A stretch of 64,000 nt of DNA from Macrostomum hystrix (lineage: Eukaryota > Animalia > Platyhelminthes): contig CATNEN010000007.1 of assembly GCA_950097015.1 (NCBI GenBank), positions 5,704,001-5,768,000 of the forward strand, in the 5' to 3' direction. The number at the start of each line of letters is the position of its first letter. Position 1 is the first letter of the stretch. Shown here piece by piece: positions 1-13,144 of the stretch. The notes below the pieces were generated by a model. It did no database searches, was not told the DNA's origin, and saw nothing but the letters and a program-made list of their open reading frames with translations. Made by a program: the position numbers and the translations under genes.

Positions 1-231
1 GGGTAAGGCGGGCCAAAGTAGGAATTTGTACCGCGTGGGTGGCTGAAACATTAAGTATTATCATAAATGGGATTTATTCAAATGCTTTCAAAAGCACCTT
101 TAACTGAGATTACTTAAATAAAGCGAATGCAACAATAAGAACATGTTCGCCTTCCTTATGTGCGTTTCCTTATGGGAGAAATCTCAGTCAAGTCTCCCAC
201 CTCATTCGTCTCAGTGTCACACCACACTAGT

Positions 232-1381
232 CTCAGTGTCACACCTCACTCAGTCCAATGTCACACCTCACTCAGTCCAATCTCACACCTCACTCAGTCC
301 AGTCTCACACCTCACTCAGTCCAATCTCACACCTCACTCAGTCCAATCTCACACCTCACTCAGTCCAGTCTCACTCCTCACTCAGTCCAGTCTCACTCCT
401 CACTCAGTCCAGTCTCACTCCTCACTCAGTCCAATCTCACACCTCACTCAGTCCAATCTCACACCTCACTCAGTCCAGTCTCACAGCTCACTCAGTCCAG
501 TCTCACACCTCACTCAGTCCAGTCTCACTCCTCACTCAGTCCAGTCTCACACCTCACTCAGTCCAGTCTCACTCCTCACTCAGTCCAGTCTCACTCCTCA
601 CTCAGTCCAGTCTCACACCTCACTCAGTCCAGTCTCACTCCTCACTCAGTCCAGTCTCACACCTCACTCAGTCCAGTCTCATTCCTCACTCAGTCCAGTC
701 TCACACCTCACTCAGTCCAGTCTCACTCCTCACTCAGTCCAGTCTCACTCCTCACTCAGTCCAATCTCACACCTCACTCAGTCCAATCTCACACCTCACT
801 CAGTCCAGTCTCACAGCTCACTCAGTCCAGTCTCACACCTCACTCAGTCCAGTCTCACACCTCACTCAGTCCAGTCTCACTCCTCACTCAGTCCAGTCTC
901 ACACCTCACTCAGTCCAGTCTCACTCCTCACTCAGTCCAGTCTCACTCCTCACTCAGTCCAGTCTCACACCTCACTCAGTCCAGTCTCACTCCTCACTCA
1001 GTCCAGTCTCACACCTCACTCAGTCCAGTCTCATTCCTCACTCAGTCCAGTCTCACACCTCACTCAGTCCAGTCTCACTCCTCAGTCCAGTCTCACTCCT
1101 CACTCAGTCCAGTCTCATTCCTCACTCAGTCCAGTCTCATTCCTCACTCAGTCCAGTCTCACACCTCACTCAGTCCAGTCTCACTCCTCACTCAGTCCAG
1201 TCTCACTCCTCACTCAGTCCAGTCTCACTCCTCACTCAGTCCAGTCTCACTCCTCACTCAGTCCAGTCTCACTCCTCACTCAGTCCAGTCTCACTCCTCA
1301 CTCAGTCCAGTCTCACTCCTCACTCAGTCCAGTCTCACTCCTCACTCAGTCCAGTCTCACTCCTCACTCAGTCCAGTCTCC
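232..1381. repeat. 22-bp minisatellite (CACTCAGTCCAGTCTCAC[T/A]CCT)n, about 52 copies
   Basis: Directly visible tandem unit. All three + frames stay open only because the unit lacks stops. Confidence 0.97.
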
Positions 1382-2289
1382 AATCTGCACTGCTCCTCAA
1401 AATCTGTCTTTGCCCCTCCTCCCCTCTTACGTTCTCCCCTTCCGCCCAGCGACCCGGCCTCTCCAGTTTCAGTTGATTTCGGCCTCATCAATCGTTTGCC
1501 CTTGAGTCCTCAGTCGAAAGTGCGAATTTGCTTACGCACAAAAAATCACAAATTTAATTCAAGAGAAACAGGAACAGGTGAGAATGACCTCAGGTAGAGA
1601 AAGGGGTTAACAGAGTGTCCCATTACACCTTGGCCTGAGCATCCACTACCGCTGTGAGATCGGGTGCTCAGTTCAGCATCAATGAGATTTTTTCTCCTTC
1701 TTTAGCTAATTAATTTTCACAGCCTTTTGACAATCGAATGCAGTTGCTGACGCAAGTTGTTAAACTGGTCTAGAATTTCTTGAAACAGCGACGATTTACT
1801 TTGAGATGCTTCTTCTTTTCGTTGTTAGAGAACGCATGCCCTGAAAGCATGCTTAATACCAGATAAGCCATTGATTGTTTTTTCCGGATTCGATTCTGCG
1901 CACTCTCAGAAATTGTTGGGCGACGTCACCCCTGTTACTTATCCCGAGGTGAACTTTTAATCACTTTAAGCACCTTTACGCAACTCACGAGATGAACTAA
2001 TAAGACTAGAAGTGTCTTGATGTGCTGACGGCATCGCTCGAGCATTTGCTCAATTCGGAAATTGCTCTGTGACAAATTACGGGTTCAAAGTAGGGACGAT
2101 TTTAAATTACTTTTCATTAATTTGTATTTACCTGATTAATTTAGGATCAGTTCCTCGTCAGCAAAAGCGAGTAGCATGCCTACACATCCATTTAAAGGGG
2201 TTGCAGATTTTCGATGAAGCACGTCAGTCATTCGTTTATTAAAATCACGTGACGCATGAGTCGAGCACTTTTTGCATAAATCTCTAACA

Positions 2290-2933
2290 CCCAGATCGTA
2301 GATCCCAGATCGTAGATCCCAGATCGTAGATCCCAGATCGTAGATCCCAGATCGTAGATCCCAGATCGTAGATCCCAGATCGTAGATCCCAGATCGTAGA
2401 TCCCAGATCGTAGATCCCAGATCGTAGATCCCAGATCGTAGATCCCAGATCGTAGATCCCAGATCGTAGATCCCAGATCGTAGATCCCAGATCGTAGATC
2501 CCAGATCGTAGATCCCAGATCGTAGATCCCAGATCGTAGATCCCAGATCGTAGATCCCAGATCGTAGATCCCAGATCGTAGATCCCAGATCGTAGATCCC
2601 AGATCGTAGATCCCAGATCGTAGATCCCAGATCGTAGATCCCAGATCGTAGATCCCAGATCGTAGATCCCAGATCGTAGATCCCAGATCGTAGATCCCAG
2701 ATCGTAGATCCCAGATCGTAGATCCCAGATCGTAGATCCCAGATCGTAGATCCCAGATCGTAGATCCCAGATCGTAGATCCCAGATCGTAGATCCCAGAT
2801 CGTAGATCCCAGATCGTAGATCCCAGATCGTAGATCCCAGATCGTAGATCCCAGATCGTAGATCCCAGATCGTAGATCCCAGATCGTAGATCCCAGATCG
2901 TAGATCCCAGATCGTAGATCCCGGATCGTAGAT
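2290..2933. repeat. 14-bp near-perfect tandem repeat (CCCAGATCGTAGAT)n, about 46 copies
   Basis: Directly visible. Essentially invariant until the last copy. Confidence 0.98.
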
Positions 2934-3561
2934 AATACAGAAAATTTTCGCTGAATTGGTCATTGGGCTACAGCAATTGTAAAAAATTAATCTTCAAAAT
3001 GTTGATGCTGTTTCGCTGGGATCTGCGATTACATAGAGGGCATCCAGGGAAAAATAGGTAACGACTCATTCAATGTATTAGGCAAAAAGGACTTCCCGGC
3101 CATTTGACCTGACTTGAACTGTTTTTTTTATTTTTTCGAAAATGAAAAGCATTTCCCTTGATCCCAATTTGGGAGTATCAGAACGCGCTGAAAAACAAGC
3201 CCTCACCTGTTTGCGAGAGTGTAAAAGGACAAGCCTGCGTCACTGAGTTGCTCGCGCAGCCCGCATGAGCCGCCACCCGCACACCTCGGCTCGGCGCCCT
3301 GCGTCAAGCTTAGCTGAATTCTCCCGTACTTGACTGCTTTGTTTGGTGATTCCATGATTTTTTTAACGCGTTGGCGACCAAATTTAGACTATATTTGGCA
3401 ATTCTCCAAGCCCCAGGCCTTACTCCATTGTCTGCGATTGTTGGCGGGATGGGCATGAGAAGCGCGCATTAAAACCTTCGAAATCCTTAAACTCGTTCGT
3501 CAGCATTCACGGCGCTGAGCACTTTTTAAAAGAGTACAATTTCCCTTACATGTCTTACCAT

Positions 3562-4060
3562 AGAGATAGGAAATGAGATTCTGTATCTCACCTGAGAGAT
3601 AGGAAATGAGATTCTCTATCTCACCTGAGAGATAGGATATGAGATTCTGTATCTCACCTGAGTGATAGGAAATGAGATTCTGTATCTCACCTGAGAGATA
3701 GGAAATGAGATTCTGTATCTCACCTGAGAGATAGGAAATGAGATTCTCTATCTCACCTGAGAGATAGGAAATGAGATTCTCTATCTAGCTCACCTGAGAG
3801 ATAGGAAATGAGATTCTGTATCTCACCTGAGAGATAGGAAATGAGATTCTCTATCTCACCTGAGAGATAGGAAATGAGATTCTGTATCTCACCTGAGAGA
3901 TAGGAAATGAGATTCTGTATCTCACCTGAGAGATAGGAAAAGAGATTCTGTATCTCACCTGAGAGATAGGAAATGAGATTCTGTATCTCACCTGAGAGAT
4001 AGGAAATGAGATTCTCTATCTCACCTGAGAGATTGGATATGAGATTCTTTATCTCGCCTT
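3562..4060. repeat. 33-bp minisatellite (GAGAGATAGGAAATGAGATTCT[G/C]TATCTCACCT)n with internal inverted motifs
   Basis: About 15 copies. The unit contains TGAGAT/ATCTCA and TATCTC/GAGATA inverted pairs. Confidence 0.95.
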
Positions 4061-5091
4061 GGAGACTACAAAGGTCAGAATCACACCCAAAAAGAGGTTC
4101 AGAAATAGCCCCTAAATGTTTTTACCAAAATCAATAATGAGTTAATTTTCAGAGGGGCGGAGCAATAATTCGGGATGAACAACAGCTGTCAAGGTGTTTC
4201 CGTCTCCCTGACCTTACAGAACTTACTGTGACAAGCCTGTTCGGTAAAATTTTTGAATGAAACGAGCTCTTTGTAGCAAATCTCGACCTTTTATTGGGTA
4301 AATAGTCATCGACCTTGTTTGCTGCCAGCTGGCCCCAAGCAATTTACCTCGCGGACTTAATTAGGACGCAGTCCTTGTTTATTCGCGATGTTTTCGGCAA
4401 CCGGAATGTTTGTTTATGCGTTTTATTAGCTATTAACTGGCATTACTTGATGAGAGGAGGAATTTATAAAATTGGCTTCTGAAGAAAAGCTAATAAACAA
4501 TTCTGCCTGATAGCGTTCACCAAGCTATTCAAAACAAAACAAAAATGCTGTTGTCGGATTGTAATTACGAAACCTGTTTAAATTTGAATTATATAGAAAT
4601 GTGCAGCCGAGTGGTTCCGTTTAAGTGGTTTTAAGTGGGCGGACATCTGAAAAGAATTGCTTTACAAATCTTTTGCGTGAAATAAGTAGCGAAATTTGTT
4701 TGTCTACTGCAAGTAGACAAGCGCGAGAACACGATCTCATTATTATTTTAGTTCCATGAAAATATTTTAAGCAGAATTTGAAAGGCTTAAAAATCATTGC
4801 TGTGTTATAAAACTAAGGCCCTAAATTAAGCCAACGATCACTAGCACGCAAGATATAAAGACTCACGGATCGTCATGCCATAGATATATCGTCATGCCAT
4901 GCTATACGATCAAAAATCTTGCTTATTGAAAAATTGAAAACATAGCCACATCTTGCACTTAATTTTTTTCCACAAATCTGGTATCTGTAAAAATATGCAG
5001 GTTGCAATCTAGCAGGTTTATTAAAATTAGTCTTAATTTGCTGGTTTCAATATTTCCCAGAAATGCACAAACGCACAAATGCGCGGCTGTC

Positions 5092-5905
5092 CGACATTTC
5101 GCAAAGGAAGTGCTTGTTCCCACGGTCCCGTGCCGATAATTTCAATTTTATCCACACGGATCCGTGCCGATAATTTTCTGCTTGGCAGTGCTTATCCCCA
5201 CGGTACCGTAGAAATAATTTTTGTCTTATTCCTACGGTACCGTGGGAATAATTTCCTGCTTATCCGCACGGCAGCTTGCATGAATAGGTCTACTTTCAAG
5301 TCCCTACCTATTCTTCTCTGAGCATAAGGCTTTTGCTTCAGAGTATAGTGTATAGTTTACACTATCAATGCATAGTGTAAGAGAATAACAATGATGTATA
5401 ATGTGTGACGAGTTTGGTGCTGACTAGAATTCTGCTGGTTGACTCGTATGATTTTCTTTGATAGACTTCTTACTTTTTAAGTCAATACAATTCGAATGAA
5501 AACACGTAACTATGACAAAAGATTTGTCAACTTTGTCAACTGTCAACTTTTTCGATCTATTTGGCTCGAGGGTTCAACAAAATGTTCAAACCCGAAAGGG
5601 CCTCGTTTCAAAGAACAGAACCGTGTGGATAAAATTGAAATTAATGGCAGCCGGCAGGGCATATTTATATAAAGAGTTTTAGACCTATTCATACAAGCTG
5701 CTGTGTGGATAAGCTGAAAATTATTGGCATGGCTCCATGTGGATAAAATTGAAATTAACGGCATGGCATATATAAAGAGTTGTAGACCTATTCATATAAG
5801 CTGCTGTGTGGATAAGCAGAAAATTATTGGCATGGATCTGTGTGGATAAAATTGAAATTATCGGCATGGGACTGTGGGAATAAGCTCTGCCTTTCGCAAT
5901 ATGTA
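5092..5905. mobile_element. Foldback/MITE-like element with long modular inverted arms
   Basis: 5092-5292 is the reverse complement of modules in 5620-5905 (e.g. GCCGATAATTTCAATTTTATCCACAC vs GTGTGGATAAAATTGAAATTATCGGC). No TSD confidently identified. Confidence 0.65.
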
Positions 5906-6528
5906 GCCTATAGGCCTAGAGTATGCCTTGAATCAATTTTGATGTGATTATGTGATATTTAAAGGCTTTTTTAGTTTATTTCATATTAGGCCTAGTTGTC
6001 TACAATAAACTATGATCGCATATCCTAAATTCCAAATTACTATATTTTGTAGTTGGAACAATTTAGTTTACTTTTAGTTTACACAGGGCTATATTATTTT
6101 TGTTTTCTTCTTAACTAAGTAAAAAATGGAAGAAAAAAAGCAATAGTGAGATGGAATAATTATAAATTATGATTTTACTTTTTAATTTATTAATTTGCAA
6201 ATAAGACCAATAAAATGCACTGATTTCCTTTAATCAGTTGGCTATACAGGTAATATCAAACTGTGTGCATTAAATAATATATAGCCATAATGTACTCTCA
6301 TTATAATTTGTCAAGCCTGAAATTCAATCTTTGTCAAGTGCTCCACATGTAGGCCCTAGTGTTGCTAACTGGTAACAATGGTGTGCCAAGTGCACCTTAC
6401 ATTTCATGGTCGAAAAAGCATTATGTGCACCAAAATATTTCATAAAATCTACCCATTCCTGACTATAGCAGGCCTATAGTCTTGTCTTATTGTAGTGTTA
6501 CATAACCACTATAATGTACATTATTGAG

Positions 6529-9500
6529 TAGGGTTTGCAATTACCGGTCCTTATCTCATTACCGGTAATTCGATAATATCTTTTTTATTTACCGGTAATT
6601 ACCGGTAATTACCGGTAAACATGCAGTATTGCTATACTTTAATTCACTAAAAACGTCTTTGTTGCTCCCTTCTTAGAAAACATTAAAAAATTATGGTTGG
6701 GATGATAAGTGAGAATCGTAGGCATGTATATTTGCACTATTCATTGCTCGAATTTCAATTTTTGTAGCCTTATAAAAAGTGTACCATATTTTCTTTAGAC
6801 CGTATTCCTATCGCTGTAAATTGTAATATTTCACGTAAAGATCATTGCCATTAAAACTAACTCGGAGTCGAACCCATTCATTGATCCGCGACCGCCACTG
6901 TACTATATATAATTGAGATTTGAGCCTTTGAGACAGATACTTGTACAATTTTATTATAGTGGACAATGTGGTAGACTGGGAGTGGATTAAAATTGCGCAA
7001 TAGTTTTGAACTGAATTCGCAAATTACTTTGAAATGTTCATGTTACAGCGCAGAAAGTTAAGGCAGTCAAGAGTGCTGTCCAAAAGTCGTGAACGCAGCC
7101 TTGTGCACAGATTGCCGGCAGTAGAAAATGCACGCTCCGACTCCACAGATGTAGGTGGTATGGTCAATAGCAGTTGGTAAACCTTGCTCATGTAGAAGCC
7201 TCGCTTGCCACTGTGTTCGGCCGCAGAGAGTTCGTTGAGGAGCACAGACGACAGGTCCTTCTGATGCATACTTTGAATTTCAGATTCAGGCAGCTTCATT
7301 GAGTCTTTGACTGCCTTCTGAAGTCTAAGTAGCACATCTGTGTCACTGACACTGTCAATGTCAACAGCACCATTTGGCGATGCCGATGGGACATCAGACC
7401 GCAGTTCAGTCGTCGCTGCAGCTAGCGCTTCATGGTCTATTTCATTTTCAACGACCAGGTTTAGTCTTGTAAGCAGAGAGCAGCAGTAGGTCTTGATTGA
7501 TTGCTTTTTTGCCAGCCGTCTCTGTGGACTGTGCAAGTACTGAAGTACCACAGAATCGTTAGTATAGCGTTCTTGTACAATTCGCTGCTCGATTGCCAGT
7601 TTCAGATGTTTGCTTAGTTCAGACTTGTGCTTGTTGCTATCCATCTCTAGCTCGGTTATTAAAAATTTCACGACTGCTTCGGCCTCGATCAGATTTGAGT
7701 CCCTCCGAGACAGGGAAAGTACGGCAGCTTTCACAGGTTTTAGTGCGCGTACAACAGAAGCTACCACTTGGAAGTCGCTCTCACTTAGCCTGTCGCATGA
7801 CCTAATGTTGACGTCAATCTGCGCTTTCTCAACACTCGCGCTAACTAGAAGGATGCGATCCAGCATGTCCACCAAGCTGTTCCATCTGGTCTTGCAATCC
7901 AAAATGAGTCGCCTGCAGGACACTTGGGGGATCTGTTGTGCAATGTGGTTTTCCAGTATCTCTGAGCTCTTAGGAGACTTCCGAAAAACCCGAATCACGG
8001 ATCTGACTTTTCTTATTGTTTCAGCAATTGAGCTCAGCGGTGTCACAGTCAAACAAGCAGCTGTAGACAGCATCGACTCCACGACGTCCGTTTCTTGTCC
8101 GTCATGATGATCAATTACAAGACCTTCGTTGAGATCACTGTCAGAATCTTCGTCGGAATCGTCCTCAACATTCACAATTGGATGGTGGTCCTCGCCGTCG
8201 GATCCTGAACTCGGTCCAATAGCGGCTCTCTGCACTGGAGTTACTTTCTCGTACAAAACGTCCAGTACAGCCAGTTGCAGTCCATGGCTGTAGCACAGCT
8301 GCTGTGAGATTGGAAGAATGAGCTGTCCAACCTTCCGCATCATAGCGGCACCGTCTGTCGTGATGCAGACTATGTCTTGGGTCAAATTGAGTTCAAACTC
8401 AGTCAGCTTAGTGGACACCGCTTTTACACAATTTTCTGCATTAAAGGTGCCGCTTACCCTTGACAGTCCTAGATTCCACAGCTTTTCACCGTCACGGATG
8501 TCGATATTCAAATACCGCACATTTCGGACCGACGTCCATTCATCAAATGTGAGGCTAAAGCGAGACCCGTTTTGCTTTCGCTGTAGTAGCTCTTTAGCTA
8601 CATCGTTCTTCTTCTCACGGCCGTATTTCAATACAAGTGACTTAATAGCGTTGGGTGACTTTGGCAGATCATGGCCGAGTGCAGCAAATGCTCGGCGCAA
8701 ATCTTGCGAGGCTGCGAATGCCAGAAACGGCAATCCATGTCCTGCAGTCATGCGGGCCAACATCGCAGACATGGAAGTGTCGTTCTTGTTAGCAAAATAG
8801 CCAGTAATCGTATCTGCCAATAATAAGATTTAAAATATCACAGTGAGTAGTGGTACTAGTGGTGGGTAGTAGAGGTACATACTGATATACTGATACTGAT
8901 GCTGATGCTGATGCTAATTTAACATGTATGATGTAACTATTTATCAATTATTTTCCTCCCTAAATTTAGTTCATTAATCGCCCAGTATTGATTATAGAAT
9001 GTAAAAAAGAGAAGTACTTACTTTTTGATGCCGATGGTGAAGCATAAGAAGACCCAACCACGTCAATGACAGTCTGGAGTCTAGCCATTTTTGTAGGGGG
9101 CTCGTTAACTTCCGCGATTGATTTCGGAACCGTGGAAGTGGAATTGGCTTCTTTCTTGTGAATTCGCTTAAGGTGGCTCCGCAATCCACTGGTAGATCCA
9201 CCTTCGCACTTTATGACTGCCTTACAGGCCGTACACTGTGCTGAAAGACCGTAGCGTTCGTTTTCCCATTCTCGCAAAAAATAGCTCCATATTTCATTGT
9301 CGCTTCGAAACGGCTTGTACGTTTTCATTGAATGCGTGTTCTGTACTGTTAAAAATTATAATTGAAGTTATCTAGGCAGAGGCAGAGCCAAGCCAACTGA
9401 ACAGAGTCACACTGACACTGAGCCAGAGCCAGACAAGAGGAGTGAACTGACTGCATGCATGTGCATGGCCACATATATTAGTAACAGAAGGGTAAGGCTT

Positions 9501-9917
9501 AAGGATTAAGGAATAAGGATAGGGAGGGCGGGGCCTGGGCCAGGCCAGGAGTAGGCCACACAGGCATGGGAATGTACATACATATGTACATGTATTCAGT
9601 ATATTGCTCATCCCTTGGTTCCTTCCTTGGCTAATATGGCTATACCAGGCAATTTGAGCCCTTGAATTTTATCACTTATTTCTCCGCTTCTGAAGTCTCT
9701 CGAGTCTCTACACCCTGCAGTGAAGCGAATGTGCATTAATTTCAATGACTGTCTGACCATTATTCATTTAATTTGTTTATGAATTAAGAGCTCAAATGTT
9801 TTTATTATGAAAACCGTTTACCGGTAATACCGGTATATTTGCTTTAAAAAACCGGTATGAAAAAGCGGTCAATTACCGGTAAACCGGTAAACCGGTTTAC
9901 CGGTAATGCAATCCCTA
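6529..9917 (-). mobile_element. Autonomous-type hAT DNA transposon, full length (about 3.4 kb)
   Basis: Imperfect TIRs TAGGGTTTGCAATTACCGGT / ACCGGTAATGCAATCCCTA. Perfect 8-bp TSD TTATTGAG at 6521-6528 and 9918-9925. Clustered subterminal ACCGGT(AA) motifs at both ends. Internal transposase gene. Confidence 0.95.
7024..9328 (-). CDS. hAT transposase with N-terminal BED zinc finger, 2 exons, about 698 aa
   Basis: complement(join(7024..8813,9022..9328)); the GTAAGT donor and GGCAG acceptor join in frame (phase 1). Motifs: BED (W.YF...CxxC...LRSHLKRIH), LTFDEW, ITTDGA, CxxH (CYSH), TRWNS, and C-terminal dimerisation SVESERAFS. Confidence 0.92.
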
Positions 9918-10454
9918 TTATTGAGCCTAGCTCTGCTTTTGTATTGCTTATCACCCACTGAGGACAAGGATGGTTGGAAAACATAATAGAACTTATTTAT
10001 AAAAGTCAAGTGACTGTTTCCAAATTTTGTAGGGAAAATTTTGTTTTAAGTAGAGATGAAATATTGGATTTCCAGAAAGTGGTCATTTTTTAATATATAT
10101 ATATATTTATCATAGATTTATGTTTTCTAAATACTAAATAAAACAAAGTTCTTATATAAATATCTTACAAACTTTTCTATATTTTATAAAAATTAATGAA
10201 TTTAAGAAGCCTATACTATAGGATTTTTATTCCAATGTAAGCTGGGATATTAGACTTTATTAGAAATAAGGACACTATATTGATAGTATCTAAACTGAAG
10301 CAATAAATAATTTTTTGTATATTTACATAGGTATAAAAATTGTTGCATTAAGCCTGCCACAAATATATTTTTGTTGAGTTGAGGGATAAACAAAAAAAGT
10401 AAAAAAGTATATTTGAGTAATCCTAGATACTTGGTCCTATATTTGACACAATGT

Positions 10455-10685
10455 TGGAGTTTGTAGCCTTGCAATTAGAGCATTAGATTCACAACTTACA
10501 GCTAGGGGTTTGATTCATGACTCTAATGGAAGTATTTGTGTCCTTTAGCTAGACACCTAACTCTGCATTGCTTCAGTTCACCCAGCTGTTAAATGGGTAA
10601 CATAATTAGCAGAGGTGATTCAGAATCAGAGTGGGTGGGGCATCTAGAAGAGCCATACGCAGCCTTCAGATGAATTGAGCAATTT
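10455..10685 (+). mobile_element. Degenerate tRNA-derived SINE (same family as 47037-47335)
   Basis: Shares TCTGCATTGCTTCAGTTCACCCA.CTGTTAAATGGGTA core and a decayed B-box (GGTTTGATTC) with the 47 kb copy. Confidence 0.75.
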
Positions 10686-11119
10686 CTGTTTTATTTTTTC
10701 TGTTGGCACTTTGTTCTCTTGATTGCACTTCTCACTGTCTCTTTGCAACATGCAGTTGTCCTCAAAATGATTGCAAGTCCAAGACAATGTGCAATAATTA
10801 GTTGCTTATAACAGGTCAAAATATGTTATATTAAGATATATTAAGATATATATATATCTTAATATTTTGAAAGTAGAAAATATAAAAGATAATGTTGCAT
10901 TCCAGTATATTTGAGGTACATTACATTACCTTATATATAAAAAAATATTATCTCTACATTTTTTTGTCATCAGTCAGATAAAAAAGACTTACCCATTATT
11001 GGATTTGCCAAAAGTAACAAATTTGAGGATCAGAAATTTTGAGTATGTATTCTGAGCACTTTAGTGAGCTGATGCTGACCTTCAGTTACTCTACAGTATC
11101 CTCATCTCCCACAGCCAGC

Positions 11120-12602
11120 ATGGCGGCCCCAATTGAAGAGCGAAATCAGGATGCCACAGTGTATGTCGGTGGCCTTGATGAGAAAGTATCAGAAGCGATT
11201 GTCTGGGAACTGTTCCTGCAGGCTGGACCAGTAGTCAATGTGCACATGCCTAAGGACCGCATCACTTCTCAGCATCAGGGCTATGGCTTTGTGGAGTTTC
11301 AGGTGCGTCTTATCTATTACCTTACCTTTATTAATTGCTGAGGCGAACACACAGTGCGGAATTGGCATTGAGGAAGAGATTGAAAATGGACTCTGGGAAG
11401 ACCCATGTCAGATGTTCAGTTGGTTGATGACCCACCAAATGAGCCAGATGAGATGGTTGATGACCCAGAGGAGATGGTTAGTGACCCAGATGAGATGGTT
11501 GCTGAGCCAGATAAGATGGTTGCTGACCCAGATGAGATGGTTGCTGACCCAGATGCGATGGTTGCTGACCCAGATGAGATGGTTGCTGACCCAGATGAGA
11601 TGGTTGCTGACCCAGATGAGATGGTTGCTGACCCAGATACGATGGTTGCTGACCCAGATGAGATGGTTAGTGACCCTAGCCAACTTCGAGTACTCGCAGG
11701 TATTAATTCACAAAGAACGCAATCTCCAACGGAATCCGCAGGCCGAAGAGGACGCTGACTACGCCATGAAGATCATGAACATGATTAAACTGTATGGCAA
11801 GCCGATGCGCGTCAACAAGGCCTCCGCTCACCAGAAACAGATGGACATCGGCGCCAACATCTTCATCGGCAATCTGGATCCGGAGGTAGACGAGAAGCTT
11901 CTCTTTGACACGTTCTCAGCTTTCGGTGTCATTCTGCAGACGCCAAAGATAATGCGCGACCCGGAGACTGGCAACAGCCGCGGCTTCGCCTTCGTCAACT
12001 ATGCCAGCTTCGATGCATCGGACGCGGCCATCGAGGCAATGAACGGCCAGTACCTGTGCAACCGGCCCATACAGATCAGTTACGCATTCAAGAAGGACAG
12101 CAAAGGCGAGCGGCACGGCAGCGCGGCTGAGCGCCTGTTGGCTGCGCAGAACCCGCTGTCACAGTCCGACAGGCCGCACCAGATGTTCGCCGAGGGGCCC
12201 GGCCTGCCGCCGCCTCCGCCGCCGCCCCCGATGCCCGGCATGTTGAATGGGCCGCCGCCGCCGCCGCCACCATCGATGCCTTATCCGCCGCCTCCGCCAC
12301 CGCCGCCTCCGCCGCAGGGCATGCGACTGCCGCCGCCGCCGCCTCCCAGTCCGCATTTTGGCGGTATGCGCGGCGGACCTCCGAGACCGCCGATGGGCAT
12401 GTGGCCGCCGCCGCCTCCGCCGCACCATCCCCATCACCAGGGCTTCCGCATGGGCGGGCCGCCTCCACCGCCACCGCCGCCTCCGATGGGTGGCATGCGA
12501 TATCCGCCAATGCCTGGCGGACGGTATCCGCCGCCACCTCCGCCTCCTTCAATGCGGCCGCCGCCTCCGCCGCCACCGCCGCCACCTCCGATGCAGCGCT
12601 AA
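11120..12602 (+). CDS. SF3B4: Splicing factor 3B subunit 4 (SAP49), 2 RRMs plus proline-rich tail, 347 aa
   Basis: join(11120..11302,11742..12602) with GT/AG. Sequence [17 protein letters not shown]...GYGFVEF|[21 protein letters not shown]...[17 protein letters not shown] matches the SF3B4 family. Confidence 0.97.
11430..11677. repeat. 21-bp intronic minisatellite (GATGAGATGGTTGCTGACCCA)n in the SF3B4 intron
   Basis: Directly visible, about 11 copies. Confidence 0.93.
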
Positions 12603-13144
12603 TTCAGTTTGCATCTGTGTCCCAGTGGATTCGCTTTTACATTAAAACATTTCCATGAAACGTGCTATCGTATGGCAACCCTACAGCCCCCCCCAATCAG
12701 GAGCTCAGTTCCCTATTTCTCCTAATTTTCCCCTCGTGTTGCACAGGTACGGACACTTCTTATTTAGCAGTAGGTGCAGTAGTTGCTCCCTTGGCTAATC
12801 TCCTTCTATTGCATACGGAGTGCATTTTACCAAATCCCTGGTCTAGTGGGATGTCGCCTAAAATCCCCAATCAAGGAGGAATTCTATGCAATGTCAATTT
12901 CTCTTGTTGCAACTACTTTTGTTATAGTCAATAACTAAACCACTGATTGCTCTGTGCATTCTCAGCTTAACTTTCTTGGACTGCTCACTTGAACTCGTTG
13001 CGTGTCTATAAAAGTTTTAATTAAATTGTGTCCAAAATGCACAATTAAACCGTTGGCAGCCGTTTGCGAACTGTACCTAATCAAACCTCTTGATCTTATC
13101 ATTTTTGGATTACTGAATCTGTTGGTTTGCCTTTTTGTAGCCGG

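Noticed and set aside
1465-1495. TGATGAGGCCGAAA on the minus strand resembling a hammerhead core
   Set aside because: Lacks the conserved C of CUGA, a proper stem II and a stem III/cleavage triplet.
143-1597. Three long overlapping + strand ORFs (415-484 aa)
   Set aside because: Translations of a stop-free 22-bp minisatellite. All frames give the same periodic peptide.
1400-2200. Exon-like minus-strand segments with splice-like signals
   Set aside because: I could not assemble an open, recognisable reading frame.
2136-2963. 275-aa ORF with TIWDLRSGIYDLGS repeats, superficially WD-like
   Set aside because: Translation of a perfect 14-bp DNA repeat with no synonymous variation.
11238-11741. 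N-terminal extension of the 454-aa ORF (LTQMRWL repeats)
   Set aside because: Intronic 21-bp minisatellite. The true SF3B4 N-terminus is in exon 11120-11302.
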